Part shown: positions 36,167 to 47,155 of the stretch, piece after piece
How the letters are laid out: the number at the start of each line of letters is the position of its first letter
How positions within the stretch are numbered: position 1 is the first letter of the stretch
DNA from: Parcubacteria group bacterium
GTDB lineage: Bacteria; Patescibacteriota; Minisyncoccia; Moranbacterales; UBA2206
NCBI GenBank assembly: GCA_041659505.1
Contig: JBAZYF010000001.1
Span: 566,712 to 630,711, forward strand
Length of the DNA: 64,000 bases
Direction: 5' to 3'
Translations under genes and position numbers: made by a program
Notes under the pieces: model-generated
The model's input: the letters and a program-made list of their open reading frames with translations, nothing else
Told to the model about the DNA's origin: nothing
Databases searched by the model: none

Positions 36167-37177
36167 ATGACAAATGGCTTTACAAAAAGAAAAGTTGGGA
36201 CGCTGACTTTGGGCGAGAAGCTCAAAAAGTTACGCTCGGACAAGCGGATCGCGCTCAATGAAGTTTCGCGCGTGACCAGGATCCGGGTGGAATATTTGCA
36301 ATGCCTGGAAGATGGAAAATATGATGAGTTGCCGGCGGATGTTTATGTGCGGGGATTTCTCAAGAGCTACGGAGATTTTTTGGGGGTGGATGATCAGCAA
36401 CTTGTTCGACTGTTTGAAAAAGAAAAGGGCATCAAGAAAAATCTGGAAAAAAGCAAAAATCCCAAAAAGATCGATACGAAGAAAAAATCGCTCAACATCT
36501 CCGCGTTCATTTTCACGCCTAAAAAAATCATTTTATTTTTTGTTGCCATCCTTGTGCTTGGCGCGTTTTTTTATCTTTACCATGAAGCCGGGTCATTGAC
36601 TGACACGCCACGCCTGATCATCCTTAGTCCTGAATCAAATTCTCAGATTGATGGAAATTCTGTTTCTTTAGAAGGAAAAACGGATAAGGATGCGCAGATA
36701 TTTGTTAATGATCAGGCAGTCTTGGTCGACGATGAAGGGAAGTTTAGAGAAAATATTTCCTTGCAACAAGGAATTAATGTTATCCGCGTCAAGGCAGTGA
36801 ATAAATTTCAAAAGGAAACCGGAGAAAATGTGACTGTACAGGCTAAATATGCGGATGACTCAGCAGTGGCAATGAGTGATAATCCCGCGGCGGAGAATAT
36901 GACCGATCAAAATGCTCCGTCGCGGGAGAGTGATGCTGTGCAGATCGAACTGACGGTTGATCCTGGTCCGGTCTGGGTCAGCGTCGAAGCGGATGGCAAT
37001 TTGGTCTTTAGTGGGACGGTCTTGGCTGGCGCCGTGCAAAAATTCAGCGCCCATGATAAGATTACGATTGGATCTGGACAAGCTAATGCAACATTCGTTA
37101 AGCTTAATGGTGAGGATCGGGGAGCTCTGGGAAAAGAAAAGGGAGCGATTAAGGGAGTGGTTTTTGCTAAAAACTAA
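36167..37177 (+). CDS. rodZ: RodZ-like cytoskeletal protein (N-terminal XRE-type HTH, TM helix, C-terminal DUF4115-like domain)
   Basis: LTLGEKLKKLRSDKRIALNEVSRVTRIRVEYLQCLEDGKYDELP..VYVRGFLKSY; single TM; C-terminal beta-rich domain. Confidence 0.75.
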   Translation: MTNGFTKRKVGTLTLGEKLKKLRSDKRIALNEVSRVTRIRVEYLQCLEDGKYDELPADVYVRGFLKSYGDFLGVDDQQLVRLFEKEKGIKKNLEKSKNPKKIDTKKKSLNISAFIFTPKKIILFFVAILVLGAFFYLYHEAGSLTDTPRLIILSPESNSQIDGNSVSLEGKTDKDAQIFVNDQAVLVDDEGKFRENISLQQGINVIRVKAVNKFQKETGENVTVQAKYADDSAVAMSDNPAAENMTDQNAPSRESDAVQIELTVDPGPVWVSVEADGNLVFSGTVLAGAVQKFSAHDKITIGSGQANATFVKLNGEDRGALGKEKGAIKGVVFAKN

Positions 37178-37219
37178 AAAGCATGGTAAACTATCACTAG
37201 CTCCTACGAAAGTATAAAT

Positions 37220-37455
37220 AAGTGCCTGTCTGTCGGTAGGTAGGGATGTAACGAGCACGTGACAGGTGAGGCTATGAAATAGTTTTCTTCGATTTCTCTT
37301 CTCCCCTCGGGAGAGGATGTCACGAGCACGTGACAGGTGAGGGCAAGGGTTGCAGATTAAGATTAATCTAAGCTAATTTAGTTTTATCTCACTGTAACGC
37401 CCTTTCCCTCATCCGGCCTTCGGCCACCTTCTCCCTAAGGGCGAAGGGGATATAA
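37220..37455. repeat. REP/BIME-like composite repeat, about 1.5 copies (GATGTCACGAGCACGTGACAGGTGAGG hairpin module twice; CTCATCCGGCCTTCGGCCACCTTCTCCCTAAGGGCGAAGGGG right end)
   Basis: Modules shared with repeats at 17087 and 50302; the hairpin loop differs from copy 4 (AGCA vs TACT) while the stem is conserved. Confidence 0.6.
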
Positions 37456-37512
37456 ATATATTTTTAGGTAATGCATGGTGCAAGCAATTAATAATATTAA
37501 TAAAAAACCATT

Positions 37513-38571
37513 ATGAAAGACGAAGAAAAAAAGGAGGGGAAAAACCTACCTACCGGACAGGCAGGCAAAGAGCAAGAAAAAGGGGTGGACAATGTTGTTT
37601 CGGAAATTCGGGAGAAATTTGGGGAAGGTGTGATTATGAAATTGGGGGATATTAAACACGTCGATGTAGCCTCGATTCCGACCGGTTCGATTTCATTGGA
37701 TCTAGCCTTGGGCATTGGTGGAATTCCGCGCGGTCGCGTGGTGGAAGTCTATGGGCCGGAATCTTCCGGAAAAACCACTTTGACTTTGCATATTATTGCC
37801 AACACCCAAAAAGCCGGCGGAGTGGCGGCGTTTATCGATGCGGAGCATGCACTCGATCCAGAATATGCGCGCAGGATCGGTGTAAACATTAATGATCTTT
37901 TGATTTCTCAGCCGGACAATGGTGAGCAAGCGCTGGACATTGTGGACGCCTTGGTCAATTCGGGAGCGATCAATATGATTGTCGTGGACAGTGTGGCGGC
38001 GCTGGTGCCGAAAGCAGAAATTGAAGGTGATATGGGTGATCAGCATATGGGACGCCAGGCGCGCTTGATGTCACAGGCCCTGCGGAAACTAACAGCGATT
38101 ATTTCCCGCTCAAATTGCACCGTGATTTTTATCAACCAGATCCGGATGAAAATTGGTGTGGTATTTGGCAATCCGGAAACGACGACCGGTGGAAACGCGC
38201 TGAAATTTTATTCTTCCGTGCGGGTGGAAGTGAGACGTTCGGCGCAGATCAAAAAGGGCGAGGAGATTGTAGGCAATCGGACAAAGGTCAAGATTGTGAA
38301 AAACAAAGTGGCGCCACCATTCCGCACAGCTGAATTTGACATTATGTATAATGAAGGGATTTCGGCTGCGGGCGACGTGCTTGACACGGGTGTGAAATAT
38401 GAAGTAATCACCAAAAAAGGCAATTCCTATTCTTTTGGCGAAGTGAAATTGGGCGTCGGTCGCGAACCGGCTAAGGCCTTTTTGAAAGCTGATCAGAAGA
38501 TGCAAGCGGAAGTCGTAAAGGGGATTATGAAAAAAGTGGCAGAATTGGAGGAGATTGCGAATAAGGAATAG
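37513..38571 (+). CDS. recA: recombinase RecA
   Basis: GPESSGKTT Walker [11 protein letters not shown]1/L2 loop regions; 352 aa. Confidence 0.95.
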   Translation: MKDEEKKEGKNLPTGQAGKEQEKGVDNVVSEIREKFGEGVIMKLGDIKHVDVASIPTGSISLDLALGIGGIPRGRVVEVYGPESSGKTTLTLHIIANTQKAGGVAAFIDAEHALDPEYARRIGVNINDLLISQPDNGEQALDIVDALVNSGAINMIVVDSVAALVPKAEIEGDMGDQHMGRQARLMSQALRKLTAIISRSNCTVIFINQIRMKIGVVFGNPETTTGGNALKFYSSVRVEVRRSAQIKKGEEIVGNRTKVKIVKNKVAPPFRTAEFDIMYNEGISAAGDVLDTGVKYEVITKKGNSYSFGEVKLGVGREPAKAFLKADQKMQAEVVKGIMKKVAELEEIANKE

Positions 38572-38647
38572 GAGGAAAAATTTTCAATGAATTTTAATTT
38601 GCTAAAAGACAAATTAGTTTAATAATTTTTAATTTTAAAAAGTAATT

Positions 38648-39265
38648 ATGGACACAACACATCCAAGCAAAGAAAGAACGCTGGTTATTATAAAGCCGGA
38701 CGGAGTGCAGAGGACGTTAATTGGAGAGATTATCAAGCGTTATGAGCAAGTGGGACTCAAAATGATTGCTCTTAAAATGACCATCCCAACTGAGGATATG
38801 GCCACAAAACATTACTATGAAGTGGGCGGGGATGCGTGGCTGGAGGAAGTGGGCAGAAAAGCAGCTGCTTCTTATGAGAAAAAAGGTTTGAAATCTCCCT
38901 TTGCTACATTCAAAGAAAATGGTATCGCAATTATGAAAGCCAATGCTAAATATCTTAGCTCTGGACCGGTGGTTGCAATGATTTGGGAAGGTAATCAGGC
39001 TGTGGCGCTTGTACGAAAAATAACCGGAGGAACGGAGCCATTGTCTTCGGATATGGGAACTATTCGCGGAGATTTTACTTTGGATACTTATCAAATGGCA
39101 GATTTTGATCAAAGAAGTATCAGGAATTTAATTCATGCCTCTGGATTGACAGAGGAGGCGGAAAAAGAAATTCCAATTTGGTTTTCTGAAAATGAAATAT
39201 TGAAGTATCGCTTAATTCAAGATGAAATTCTTTATGATGTGAATTTGGATGGGATTTTGGAATAA
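38648..39265 (+). CDS. ndk: nucleoside-diphosphate kinase with insertion and C-terminal extension
   Basis: ERTLVIIKPDGVQR, NLIHASGLTEEAEKEIPIWF (active-site His region). Confidence 0.8.
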   Translation: MDTTHPSKERTLVIIKPDGVQRTLIGEIIKRYEQVGLKMIALKMTIPTEDMATKHYYEVGGDAWLEEVGRKAAASYEKKGLKSPFATFKENGIAIMKANAKYLSSGPVVAMIWEGNQAVALVRKITGGTEPLSSDMGTIRGDFTLDTYQMADFDQRSIRNLIHASGLTEEAEKEIPIWFSENEILKYRLIQDEILYDVNLDGILE

Positions 39266-39266
39266 A

Positions 39267-39313
39267 ATCCACCTCACCCTAACCCTCTCCTTGGTAAGGA
39301 GAGGGGATAAATG
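39267..39313. repeat. short member of the REP/BIME-like family (ATCCACCTCACCC..CCTCTCCTTGGTAAGGAGAGGGG), starting 2 nt after the ndk stop
   Basis: Same terminus and hairpin module as copy 1 at 17087. Confidence 0.55.
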
Positions 39314-39321
39314 CGAATAAC

Positions 39322-39357
39322 AAAAAATCCTCCAAGCTTTCGCAAGGAGGATTTTTT
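39322..39357. terminator. bidirectional terminator between ndk and convergent rpmB
   Basis: AAAAATCCTCC..GGAGGATTTTT 11-bp stem. Confidence 0.6.
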
Positions 39358-39376
39358 GATATTCACAAAAAAAAGC

Positions 39377-39550
39377 TTATTTTTCTTTGTTGGCAGTTTT
39401 AATGCAACGGGTGCAGATTCTGGTTTTTGTGCCATCAATCTTCTTGCTTTGCAAGTTGATTTGGAATTTTCGCAAGGTTTTGACATTGGAATGACTCACA
39501 GTGTGGCCCGTGCCGGAACCGCGGCCGCAAACTTCACATACTCGACTCAT
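39377..39550 (-). CDS. rpmB: 50S ribosomal protein L28
   Basis: [34 protein letters not shown] matches the L28 N-terminal signature; start set to the MSRVC Met. Confidence 0.75.
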   Translation of the reverse strand: MSRVCEVCGRGSGTGHTVSHSNVKTLRKFQINLQSKKIDGTKTRICTRCIKTANKEK

Positions 39551-39626
39551 AAAATTAGGTATTAGTGGTTGATTTATTACAAGATATAAGGTAGCATAGG
39601 AATATAATTTTAGCAAGGGAACTCGT

Positions 39627-40316
39627 ATGTCTAATGAAATTGTCCTCGTTGTCTTCTATATCATCATTTTGCTTTACTCGGTCATCATCCATGAGGTTTT
39701 TCATGGCGTGATGGCGCTGTGGCTGGGGGATACTACGGCCAAATATGCCGGACGGCTGACGGCCAATCCTTTGAGCCACTTGGATTTTATCGGCTCATTT
39801 ATCGCGCCACTTTTTATGTATCTGTCTTTTGGCTTTGCTTTTGGTTGGGCGAAACCCGTGCCATATAATCCATACAATTTGAAAAATCAAAAATGGGGAC
39901 CAGCGCTGGTAGCGATGGCCGGGCCGGGGATAAATTTAGCGGTAGCGCTTGTGGCCGCGCTCATTGCCCGATTTATTGCGCTTCCTCTGCACCTCAAGAA
40001 AGATATTATCAATCATTTCAACGAATGGTCAACAGTTTCTGGGGTAATTGCCGGATCGATCAGCGCCATTTTTTATGAACTTTTGATCATTGTGGTAATC
40101 ATTAATGTTTTTTTGGCCTTTTTTAACCTCATCCCAATTCCACCATTGGACGGCTCCAAGCTTTTGTTTGCCATTTTTCCCATCAAAATCGAAACTCAAG
40201 CTATGCTCGAACAATTTGGTTTTATGCTCCTTTTGTTTTTTATTTTCTTTTTCACTTCCCCTTTGCGCATCTTTTTGGGTACAGCAATCAATGCCTTTTT
40301 GCGGGTTGCGATTTAG
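39627..40316 (+). CDS. site-2 protease family zinc metalloprotease (peptidase M50)
   Basis: HEVFHG (HExxH) in a TM helix and the [10 protein letters not shown] motif. Confidence 0.8.
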   Translation: MSNEIVLVVFYIIILLYSVIIHEVFHGVMALWLGDTTAKYAGRLTANPLSHLDFIGSFIAPLFMYLSFGFAFGWAKPVPYNPYNLKNQKWGPALVAMAGPGINLAVALVAALIARFIALPLHLKKDIINHFNEWSTVSGVIAGSISAIFYELLIIVVIINVFLAFFNLIPIPPLDGSKLLFAIFPIKIETQAMLEQFGFMLLLFFIFFFTSPLRIFLGTAINAFLRVAI

Positions 40317-40476
40317 GGGTGGGTACAAATTGTACTGATCCTCTTGGTAGGATAAAGAAATTGCAAAAATAATAAAAATGTTTGACATTTTTTAGAAGAA
40401 CTGTTAGTTTGTAAAATCAAATTGGCGGATTAGGGGAGGATTGTTCATTGGCATTGGATAAAAAAGGAGGGAAAAT

Positions 40477-40782
40477 ATGATAGACGATCAAATGCAGGAA
40501 GAGTTAAAAACACTCCGCGACGGTTTTGCGTGGAGAGGAGCGCTTATCATTAACCTTCGCGACGAGTTGGCAAAAGTTGCTAATATGAATGAGCAATTGG
40601 CCGATATGCTCGAAGCTGTTTGCGAGGAGAGCGCGCATCTTTCCCGTAAACTGGCCGAATGTGAAGAAATGATTTCTTGGCTAAGGAGTAAAATGGAAGA
40701 AGATGGTGCCAAGTATCGTCGTGAAGTTTCGAAACTGCTTGCGGATAAATTTATGCGCGATTTTGGCTCTAGATGCAGGTAG
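40477..40782 (+). CDS. hypothetical coiled-coil protein (101 aa)
   Basis: AAAAAGGAGGG SD. Confidence 0.5.
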   Translation: MIDDQMQEELKTLRDGFAWRGALIINLRDELAKVANMNEQLADMLEAVCEESAHLSRKLAECEEMISWLRSKMEEDGAKYRREVSKLLADKFMRDFGSRCR

Positions 40783-40852
40783 CTTTTTTTGATGTTCTGC
40801 GTTTTTTTCAATTAATCGCTGGTGCAATACACCAGCGATTACCCTAAAAAAT

Positions 40853-40881
40853 TTGACATATCCACTACTTTCCTTTATGCT
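40853..40881 (+). promoter_or_regulatory. sigma70-like promoter TTGACA-N17-TATGCT upstream of the rpsL leader
   Basis: Read directly; preceded by the hairpin AATCGCTGGTG..CACCAGCGATT at about 40814-40840. Confidence 0.45.
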
Positions 40882-41046
40882 TACTCTGCTAGACAACTGG
40901 CAGTTTTTTTATTATACTCACTAGGAGTTGCGAGGATAATAAGCACTAGATATTTAAATCAAATTATTTTATTACGAGCCGCGAAATTAATGACAATGCG
41001 CTAAATTGAGCTTTAGCTGAGCTAGATTTGTACATTTCATAAATTC

Positions 41047-41083
41047 GCCCGCCTGCAACGCTATCGCGTAGCATTGCGGGCAG
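41047..41083 (+). promoter_or_regulatory. conserved 5' leader hairpin (copy 2) upstream of rpsL, followed by AATTCGTAGAG
   Basis: CCCGCCTGCAACGCTATCGCGTAGCATTGCGGGCAGG; paralogous to 36118-36152. Confidence 0.55.
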
Positions 41084-41104
41084 GTAATTCGTAGAGAAGA
41101 ACAG

Positions 41105-41524
41105 ATGCCAACAATCAATCAACTGAAGCGAAAATCCCGCTCGTCGGTCAAGAGCAAGTCTAAAACACCTGCTTTTAAGCATGTTTTTAATACTTTGAAA
41201 AACAAGCCCGTTCTCACGAACAGCTCGTTCAAACGAGGAGTCTGCCTCAAAGTCAGCACAACCACCCCAAAGAAACCGAACTCGGCTCTGCGAAAAATTG
41301 CCAGAGTGCGTCTCACCAATGGAATGGAAGTGACGGCTTATATCCCGGGCATCGGACACAACTTGCAAGAGCACTCCATTGTGATGCTCCGCGGTGGTCG
41401 CGTGAAAGATCTCCCGGGCGTGCGTTATCATATCGTGCGGGGAGTCTTGGACAGCGCCGGCGTGGCCAATCGCAAGCAAGGTCGCAGTAAATATGGCGCT
41501 AAGGTGGAAAAGGCTAAATCGTAA
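41105..41524 (+). CDS. rpsL: 30S ribosomal protein S12
   Basis: [38 protein letters not shown] motifs. Confidence 0.95.
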   Translation: MPTINQLKRKSRSSVKSKSKTPAFKHVFNTLKNKPVLTNSSFKRGVCLKVSTTTPKKPNSALRKIARVRLTNGMEVTAYIPGIGHNLQEHSIVMLRGGRVKDLPGVRYHIVRGVLDSAGVANRKQGRSKYGAKVEKAKS

Positions 41525-41550
41525 TTAGAAAAAACTAGTAATTTATACAT

Positions 41551-42018
41551 ATGGCAAGAAGAAAAAGAGTATTTGACAAACACGTTAAGCCTGACACGAG
41601 ATATGATAATCTTTTAGTAGGCAAATTTATCAACAGCATTTTACAAGACGGCAAAAGAACAACTGCCGAGCGGATCGTCTATGAAGCCTTTGATATCATC
41701 CACGAAAAGACCAAAAAAGGCGGACTAAACATCTTTGAACAAGCCTTGAAAAATGTCGCACCACTCGTTGAACTAAAATCTCGCAGAGTTGGAGGCGCCA
41801 ACTATCAGGTGCCAGTCCCAGTTTTGGGCGAAAGACGCACAACTTTAGCCATCCGTTGGCTAAAAGCGGCTATTTCTTCCAAAAAAGGCAAAAAGATGGC
41901 GGAAAAATTGGCTGATGAACTGATCGAAGCTTCGAATAAAGCTGGCGCTGCGATGAAAAAGAGAGACGATGTGCATAGAATGGCGGATGCGAACAAGGCA
42001 TTTGCTCATTTCGCGTAG
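41551..42018 (+). CDS. rpsG: 30S ribosomal protein S7
   Basis: Conserved S7 sequence throughout; immediately downstream of rpsL. Confidence 0.95.
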   Translation: MARRKRVFDKHVKPDTRYDNLLVGKFINSILQDGKRTTAERIVYEAFDIIHEKTKKGGLNIFEQALKNVAPLVELKSRRVGGANYQVPVPVLGERRTTLAIRWLKAAISSKKGKKMAEKLADELIEASNKAGAAMKKRDDVHRMADANKAFAHFA

Positions 42019-42146
42019 GAAAAATGGAAAATGCAAATCTCAAAATGGAAAATGACAATGTAAAATAAAAAATTTTATATTTAAAAAATCATTTTGAATT
42101 TTAAACTGTAATTTTTAATTTTGATTTTTAAATTTTAAAATTAGCT

Positions 42147-44231
42147 ATGCGTAAATACCCAATCGAAAAGTATCGTAATATCGGAATTATCGCTCACATT
42201 GATGCGGGAAAAACAACGACGACCGAGCGCGTGTTGTTTTATACTGGTGTCACGCACAAAATCGGTGAGGTGCATGAAGGTGCGGCCACGATGGACTGGA
42301 TGGAACAAGAGCAGGAGCGCGGAATCACCATCACTTCAGCGGCGACCACTTGTTTTTGGAAAGATTGCCAGGTGAATATTATTGATACTCCGGGCCACGT
42401 GGACTTTACCGTGGAAGTGGAACGGTCACTCCGCGTGCTGGATGGCGGTGTGGTTGTTTTTGACGGCAAAGAAGGAGTGGAGCCTCAATCGGAGACAGTG
42501 TGGCGTCAGGCGGACAAATATAGTGTTCCACGCGTTTGTTTTATCAACAAAATCGACAAAGAAGGCGCCGATTTCTACTATGCCTTGAGAACTATCTGGG
42601 ATCGTTTGACTCCTAACGCTGTGGCTTTGCAAATTCCGATCGGAGAGCGCGGTGATTTTGCTGGCGTGGTGGATCTGATCAAGATGAAAGGCTATACTTT
42701 TGCGGGAGAAATGGGAATTGAAGTGATTGAAGGAGAAATCCCGGCTGAACTTTTGGACAAAGCAAAGGAATGGCGAGAAAAGATGGTGGAAAAAGTTTCA
42801 GAAACAGATGATGCGCTGACGGAAAAATTTTTGAACGGCGATGAGATTTCACAGGAAGAACTGAAAGCGGCCATCCGTCGTGCGACAATCGCAACAACAC
42901 TTGTCCCGGTCTTTACTGGAACAGCATTGCGTAATAAGGGAGTGCAATTGGTTTTGGATGCAGTTATCGATTATCTTCCATCTCCGCTCGACGTACCAGC
43001 CATCAAAGCAACTGATGTGCGCGATGAAACAATCGAAATTGAAGTGAAGCAACAAGACGACGCGCCGTTTGCCGCGTTGGCTTTCAAGGTGGCGACTGAT
43101 CCCTATGTGGGACAATTGACTTTTTTCCGTGTGTATTCGGGAGTTTTAAAAGCGGGATCATACGTGCTCAATTCTTCTAAGAATGAAAAAGAACGTATTG
43201 GACGAATTTTGCAGATGCATGCTAATCACCGGGAAGAAATTTCCGAGATTTATGCGGGCGGAATTGGAGCATTGGTGGGAATGAAAAATACGACCACTGG
43301 CGACACTTTGTGTGACATTGAAAATCCGGTGCTGTTGGAAACAATCACTTTCCCCGAACCAGTGATCTCGATTGCGATTGAACCAAAAACGAAAGCTGAT
43401 CAAGAGAAGATGGGATTTGCGCTGCGAAAACTGGCCGAAGAAGATCCAACGTTCAAGGTGCGTACAGATGAGGAAACCGGACAAACAATCATTTCCGGTA
43501 TGGGCGAGTTGCATCTGGACATTATTGTGGATCGCATGAAACGCGAATTTAAGGTGGAAGCCAACATCGGTCAACCACAAGTAGCTTATCGGGAAACGAT
43601 CCGCGTCAAAGCGGAAGCGGAAGGTAAATATATCAAACAATCCGGTGGTCGCGGACAATATGGACATTGTTGGATGCGCGTCGAACCGCAAGAGCCAGGC
43701 AAGGGATTTGAATTTGTTAGTGAAATTAAAGGTGGAGTCATCCCGCAAGAATATATCACGCCGATCGAAAGAGGTGCGAAGGAAGCAATGGAATCGGGAG
43801 TTGTGGCAGGGTACCCAATGGTGGACATCAAAGCGACAGTTTATGACGGATCATATCATGAAGTGGACTCCTCGGAAGCCGCTTTCAAAATTGCCGGATC
43901 GATGGCGTTCAAGGAAGCTTGTAGGCGTGCGAAACCGATGCTACTTGAGCCAATCATGAAAGTGCAAACCATCACCCCAGAAAACTTTATGGGTGATGTG
44001 GTGGGTGATATCAATGCTAAGCGGGGCATCATCAAGGAAATGGGTGACCGCGGAGAAGGTAATGCGCGCGTGAAAGTGATTGACGCAGAAGTGCCATTGT
44101 CCTCGATGTTCGGTTATGCAACACAGCTCCGTTCAATGTCACAGGGCCGTGCCAACTATGCGATGGAATTTTCCCACTACGCCGAAGTGCCAAAGAATGT
44201 GGCAGAAGAAATTTCAGGAGGCAAAAAATAG
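42147..44231 (+). CDS. fusA: elongation factor G
   Basis: [23 protein letters not shown]-motifs and domains II-V. Confidence 0.95.
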   Translation: MRKYPIEKYRNIGIIAHIDAGKTTTTERVLFYTGVTHKIGEVHEGAATMDWMEQEQERGITITSAATTCFWKDCQVNIIDTPGHVDFTVEVERSLRVLDGGVVVFDGKEGVEPQSETVWRQADKYSVPRVCFINKIDKEGADFYYALRTIWDRLTPNAVALQIPIGERGDFAGVVDLIKMKGYTFAGEMGIEVIEGEIPAELLDKAKEWREKMVEKVSETDDALTEKFLNGDEISQEELKAAIRRATIATTLVPVFTGTALRNKGVQLVLDAVIDYLPSPLDVPAIKATDVRDETIEIEVKQQDDAPFAALAFKVATDPYVGQLTFFRVYSGVLKAGSYVLNSSKNEKERIGRILQMHANHREEISEIYAGGIGALVGMKNTTTGDTLCDIENPVLLETITFPEPVISIAIEPKTKADQEKMGFALRKLAEEDPTFKVRTDEETGQTIISGMGELHLDIIVDRMKREFKVEANIGQPQVAYRETIRVKAEAEGKYIKQSGGRGQYGHCWMRVEPQEPGKGFEFVSEIKGGVIPQEYITPIERGAKEAMESGVVAGYPMVDIKATVYDGSYHEVDSSEAAFKIAGSMAFKEACRRAKPMLLEPIMKVQTITPENFMGDVVGDINAKRGIIKEMGDRGEGNARVKVIDAEVPLSSMFGYATQLRSMSQGRANYAMEFSHYAEVPKNVAEEISGGKK

Positions 44232-44257
44232 TTTAAAATTTACAACTTTTCCAAAAG

Positions 44258-44282
44258 ACAACTCCGAGAGGGGTTGTTTTTT
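44258..44282 (+). terminator. rho-independent terminator after fusA
   Basis: ACAACTCC-GAGA-GGGGTTGT followed by TTTTTGG. Confidence 0.6.
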
Positions 44283-44397
44283 GGCTCTTTAAGGCTTGCA
44301 ATATTTTCAAGTAATGATACAATATCAGTATAATTATTTAAAAACAAACTGCCTTTGTCCCGGTGCGTATTTGGGACTACGGCGTGTTGAGAAAAAA

Positions 44398-45285
44398 ATG
44401 AATGATTTAATAAATATAAAAGTGATTCAAAAAGATTTTAATGGGGAGAAGAAAAGATTTGTTAGTGCTAGGGAGTTGCACCGGTGGTTAGGCGTTGGAA
44501 AGTTCTTTGCTAATTGGATAAGGGATAGAATTGAAAAATATGATTTCGTGGAAGATTTGGATTATTTCGTGTCCATTGCCAAATTTGGCAATGGATTTGA
44601 TGGCTCAACTAAAGGAAAAATTACTGACCCCAAAACTGGAAGAGTTTTAGCTAGGAATTATGTTATCTCGGTGGATATGGCCAAAGAATTGGCAATGTTG
44701 GAAAATAGCGAAATTGGAAAAATGGTCAGAAAGTATTTTATCCGAGTGGAAGGTGATTTCAAAAAAGTAATGCGAGTCGCCAAAATGGATCCCAAATTTA
44801 TCAATCAGTTGGCGAGCCAGTTCTTTGAAACTAGAGAAGAAACGAAAGAATATCGTCGGGATTTCACGGATTGTATTAAGGATTTTGTGGCCGTGAAAAA
44901 TTATGGAACATACACAGATATGCTATATAATTTTCTGTTTCTGGAAAGAGCCAAGGAATATCGCAAACTTTTGAATCTCGCCAAAAAAGATTTTACCAGA
45001 AATTATATGTATGAAGAAATAATTTTTATTATCGGCGCTTTTGAAACAGGGCTTTCCGGCGAGGTGGAAAAAGTAGCTAAAAAATTAAAAAGAATGCTAA
45101 CACAAAAAGAATTTGAAAAAATTTTCCAAGAATTTTCCGCTCAAAGGAATTGGCTGGTCTATCAAAAAAGGGCGAGAAATATTATGGCAACTTACGACGA
45201 AGAATTGCGTCGAATAAAGCATCCGAAGTTGATTGATTATCGCAAAGAATTCAGCCAGGAAGATATTCAAAAGTTGTTAGGGTGA
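44398..45285 (+). CDS. phage-type antirepressor-like protein (AntA/AntB N-terminal domain)
   Basis: SARELHRWLGVGKFFANWIRDRIEKYDFVEDLDYF matches the AntA-domain signature; start chosen at the MNDLINIK Met. Confidence 0.6.
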   Translation: MNDLINIKVIQKDFNGEKKRFVSARELHRWLGVGKFFANWIRDRIEKYDFVEDLDYFVSIAKFGNGFDGSTKGKITDPKTGRVLARNYVISVDMAKELAMLENSEIGKMVRKYFIRVEGDFKKVMRVAKMDPKFINQLASQFFETREETKEYRRDFTDCIKDFVAVKNYGTYTDMLYNFLFLERAKEYRKLLNLAKKDFTRNYMYEEIIFIIGAFETGLSGEVEKVAKKLKRMLTQKEFEKIFQEFSAQRNWLVYQKRARNIMATYDEELRRIKHPKLIDYRKEFSQEDIQKLLG

Positions 45286-45454
45286 AATCCTCGTCGGTTC
45301 AGTGTCTCCCGACCTGAACCACTCAGTTCTTACTAGGCTATAGCATAATCGAGAGCTTATTTTTTATTCGCGAGCTGATTAGAAATAAAAGATTCCCTCC
45401 AGAGGCGGGCAGGCAAGTCAGAGGCGTGAACCGACGGCAGATCTTGCTTTTTTT

Positions 45455-45485
45455 GTCTTCGCCAAATTTGGCGAAGGATTTTTTT
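45455..45485 (+). terminator. rho-independent terminator
   Basis: CTTCGCCAAA-TTTGGCGAAG perfect palindrome followed by T8. Confidence 0.65.
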
Positions 45486-45498
45486 TCCAAATCGGTCA

Positions 45499-45566
45499 TT
45501 TTTGCTATAATTAAAACTAATAAATTTTAGAGGCTTCCATAGAGGCCTCTATAGAAGCCTCTAAAA
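45499..45566 (+). promoter_or_regulatory. extended -10 promoter TTTTTGCTATAAT followed by a 42-bp near-perfect palindrome TTTTAGAGGCTTCCATAGAGGCCTCTATAGAAGCCTCTAAAA abutting the SNase start
   Basis: Palindrome has one mismatch pair; related copy at 48595-48622 upstream of a second TTTTTTGCTATAAT promoter. Confidence 0.55.
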
Positions 45567-45571
45567 AAACT

Positions 45572-46183
45572 ATGCCGGAAAAAATGAAACAAATTTGGGA
45601 AAATAATCGCCGATGGATTTTGGTTGCTACTAGCTTGGTTATTTTTTTGTGTATCATTTTGGCGAGTAATCAAGTGGCCGTGAAACAAGCAGAGGATTCC
45701 TCGATTGCGCAGATTGCGGAGCTTGAAAAACAGTTGGCGGTGGAGAAAGAAAAAAATACTACGTCTGCCGACAAAACTTTGGCGTCGGCAGAAGAATCCG
45801 CCAAAGTCGAGCGGGTGATTGATGGCGACACGATCAAGCTCGAGAGTGGCCAAGTTGTGCGCCTGATCGGGATCGATGCGCCGGAATCGGTCGCTCCGGA
45901 AAAACCGGTGCAATGTTTCGGGCCAGAAGCGAGTGAGGAAAGTAAGCGACTCCTGGAAGGCAAAGAAATCCGGATGGAAAAAGATGTGTCCGAAAAAGAT
46001 CAATACGGGCGCTTGCTTCGTTACGTCTGGGTCGGTGACATTTTCGTAAACGACTATCTCGTCCGCAATGGTTTTGCCCGTGCCGATAACTTTCCGCCGG
46101 ATGAAAAATTCAAAGCAGAGTTTTCTCAAGCGCAAGCGGAGGCGAAGAATAATAAAAGGGGGTTGTGGGGGAAGTGTCGGTAG
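45572..46183 (+). CDS. membrane-anchored staphylococcal-nuclease-like (thermonuclease, SNase) protein
   Basis: VIDGDTIKL..VRLIGIDAPE..GKEIRME..YGRLLRYVWV..NKRGLWG SNase motifs; N-terminal TM and coiled-coil. Confidence 0.8.
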   Translation: MPEKMKQIWENNRRWILVATSLVIFLCIILASNQVAVKQAEDSSIAQIAELEKQLAVEKEKNTTSADKTLASAEESAKVERVIDGDTIKLESGQVVRLIGIDAPESVAPEKPVQCFGPEASEESKRLLEGKEIRMEKDVSEKDQYGRLLRYVWVGDIFVNDYLVRNGFARADNFPPDEKFKAEFSQAQAEAKNNKRGLWGKCR

Positions 46184-46326
46184 AATTTCGTATCTAAGTC
46201 AAATGCTTGACAAATGCAGTAAATAATGCTAAAAAAGTATGTTGTGGCTTAACAATTTGCAGTTAACAAAAGGGAATTCACATTTGAAGTTGTTGCGGTA
46301 AACAATTTGTCAAAAGGAGAGGCGGC

Positions 46327-46914
46327 ATGTTTTACACTTTGATTAATACCGAGTTTCTTTATGTGGAAAAGTTGTATCGTAAAAGAATGATCGATACACT
46401 CGAGAGCATTCAATGTAATGGGTTCTCGAATCTGTTTGTTTCTTCTAACGGAGGACAGAGTATTGTTGCTGAACTGGGAGTCCAACGGCTCATGCCAAGA
46501 AAAATTACCACAATCGGTGGCTACAGTATCAGGTCAGCAGCGCTGGATATTTTTTTGTGCGGAGCTAATCGGTTAGCCTTTTCTGATTCAGTGTTCTTTT
46601 TCCATGAGGCGTCTTATGAAAGTGATGGTCGCCTGATCCGAGAATCCGAGGCGGAGCTTGCGGTGGAGATTGAAAAACTCACCTACAAGTATCAGCAAAG
46701 TGGTCATTTACTACGGCGATTGGATCTCCTTCGGAGGGCGAACGAGCTCACTGGGCAAATACTAGCGAGACAGACCAAGCTTTCATATGGTCGTGTTCGC
46801 GAATTGATGCTTGGAGACGGATGCCAGATGAATGCCCGAGAAGCTTTGTTTTATGGGCTCGTCCATGAAATTATCCCGTGCTCGTACGTCGATTTTGATC
46901 ATGATTCAATTTGA
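46327..46914 (+). CDS. divergent ClpP-family (S14) serine-protease-like protein
   Basis: AAAAGGAGAGG SD; ..SSNGGQSIVAELGV..GGYSIRSAALDIFLCGANRLAF..FFHEAS..MNAREALFYGLVHEII parallels ClpP Ser/His/Asp regions with nonconsensus motifs. Confidence 0.55.
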   Translation: MFYTLINTEFLYVEKLYRKRMIDTLESIQCNGFSNLFVSSNGGQSIVAELGVQRLMPRKITTIGGYSIRSAALDIFLCGANRLAFSDSVFFFHEASYESDGRLIRESEAELAVEIEKLTYKYQQSGHLLRRLDLLRRANELTGQILARQTKLSYGRVRELMLGDGCQMNAREALFYGLVHEIIPCSYVDFDHDSI

Positions 46915-47155
46915 CGTCTGAGTCCGGAGAAAATTGCCAAAACATTCAACAAAAGCGATAGAAGATAGGCTTATCTTCTATCGCTTTTATAATTTTAGCT
47001 GGAGTTAGAAATTATTCTGCTGCAATGCGCAAATAGGCGTCAGGTTGCGCAAAGGATTTTCTTGTAGTAGAGTTAATAACCAGTACTTTCCAAACATGCA
47101 ATAACTTCAAATATACAAAATTCTAATCACGTTATTATTTGAAAGGAGGCTTCTT

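Noticed and set aside
39311-39565. 84-aa plus-strand ORF
   Set aside because: Antisense to rpmB (L28), which has a clear family signature; it also spans the bidirectional terminator.
42019-42146. AT-rich spacer between rpsG and fusA with AAAATGGAAAATG direct repeats
   Set aside because: Most likely simple low-complexity AT-rich sequence; no hairpin or coding potential seen. Mentioned only because rpsG-fusA junctions are usually short.
44296-44397. Upstream in-frame extension of the AntA-like ORF (MQYFQVMIQYQY..)
   Set aside because: The extension overlaps the promoter-like region and fusA terminator and has odd composition. The Met at 44398, where the AntA-like domain begins, is the more plausible start.
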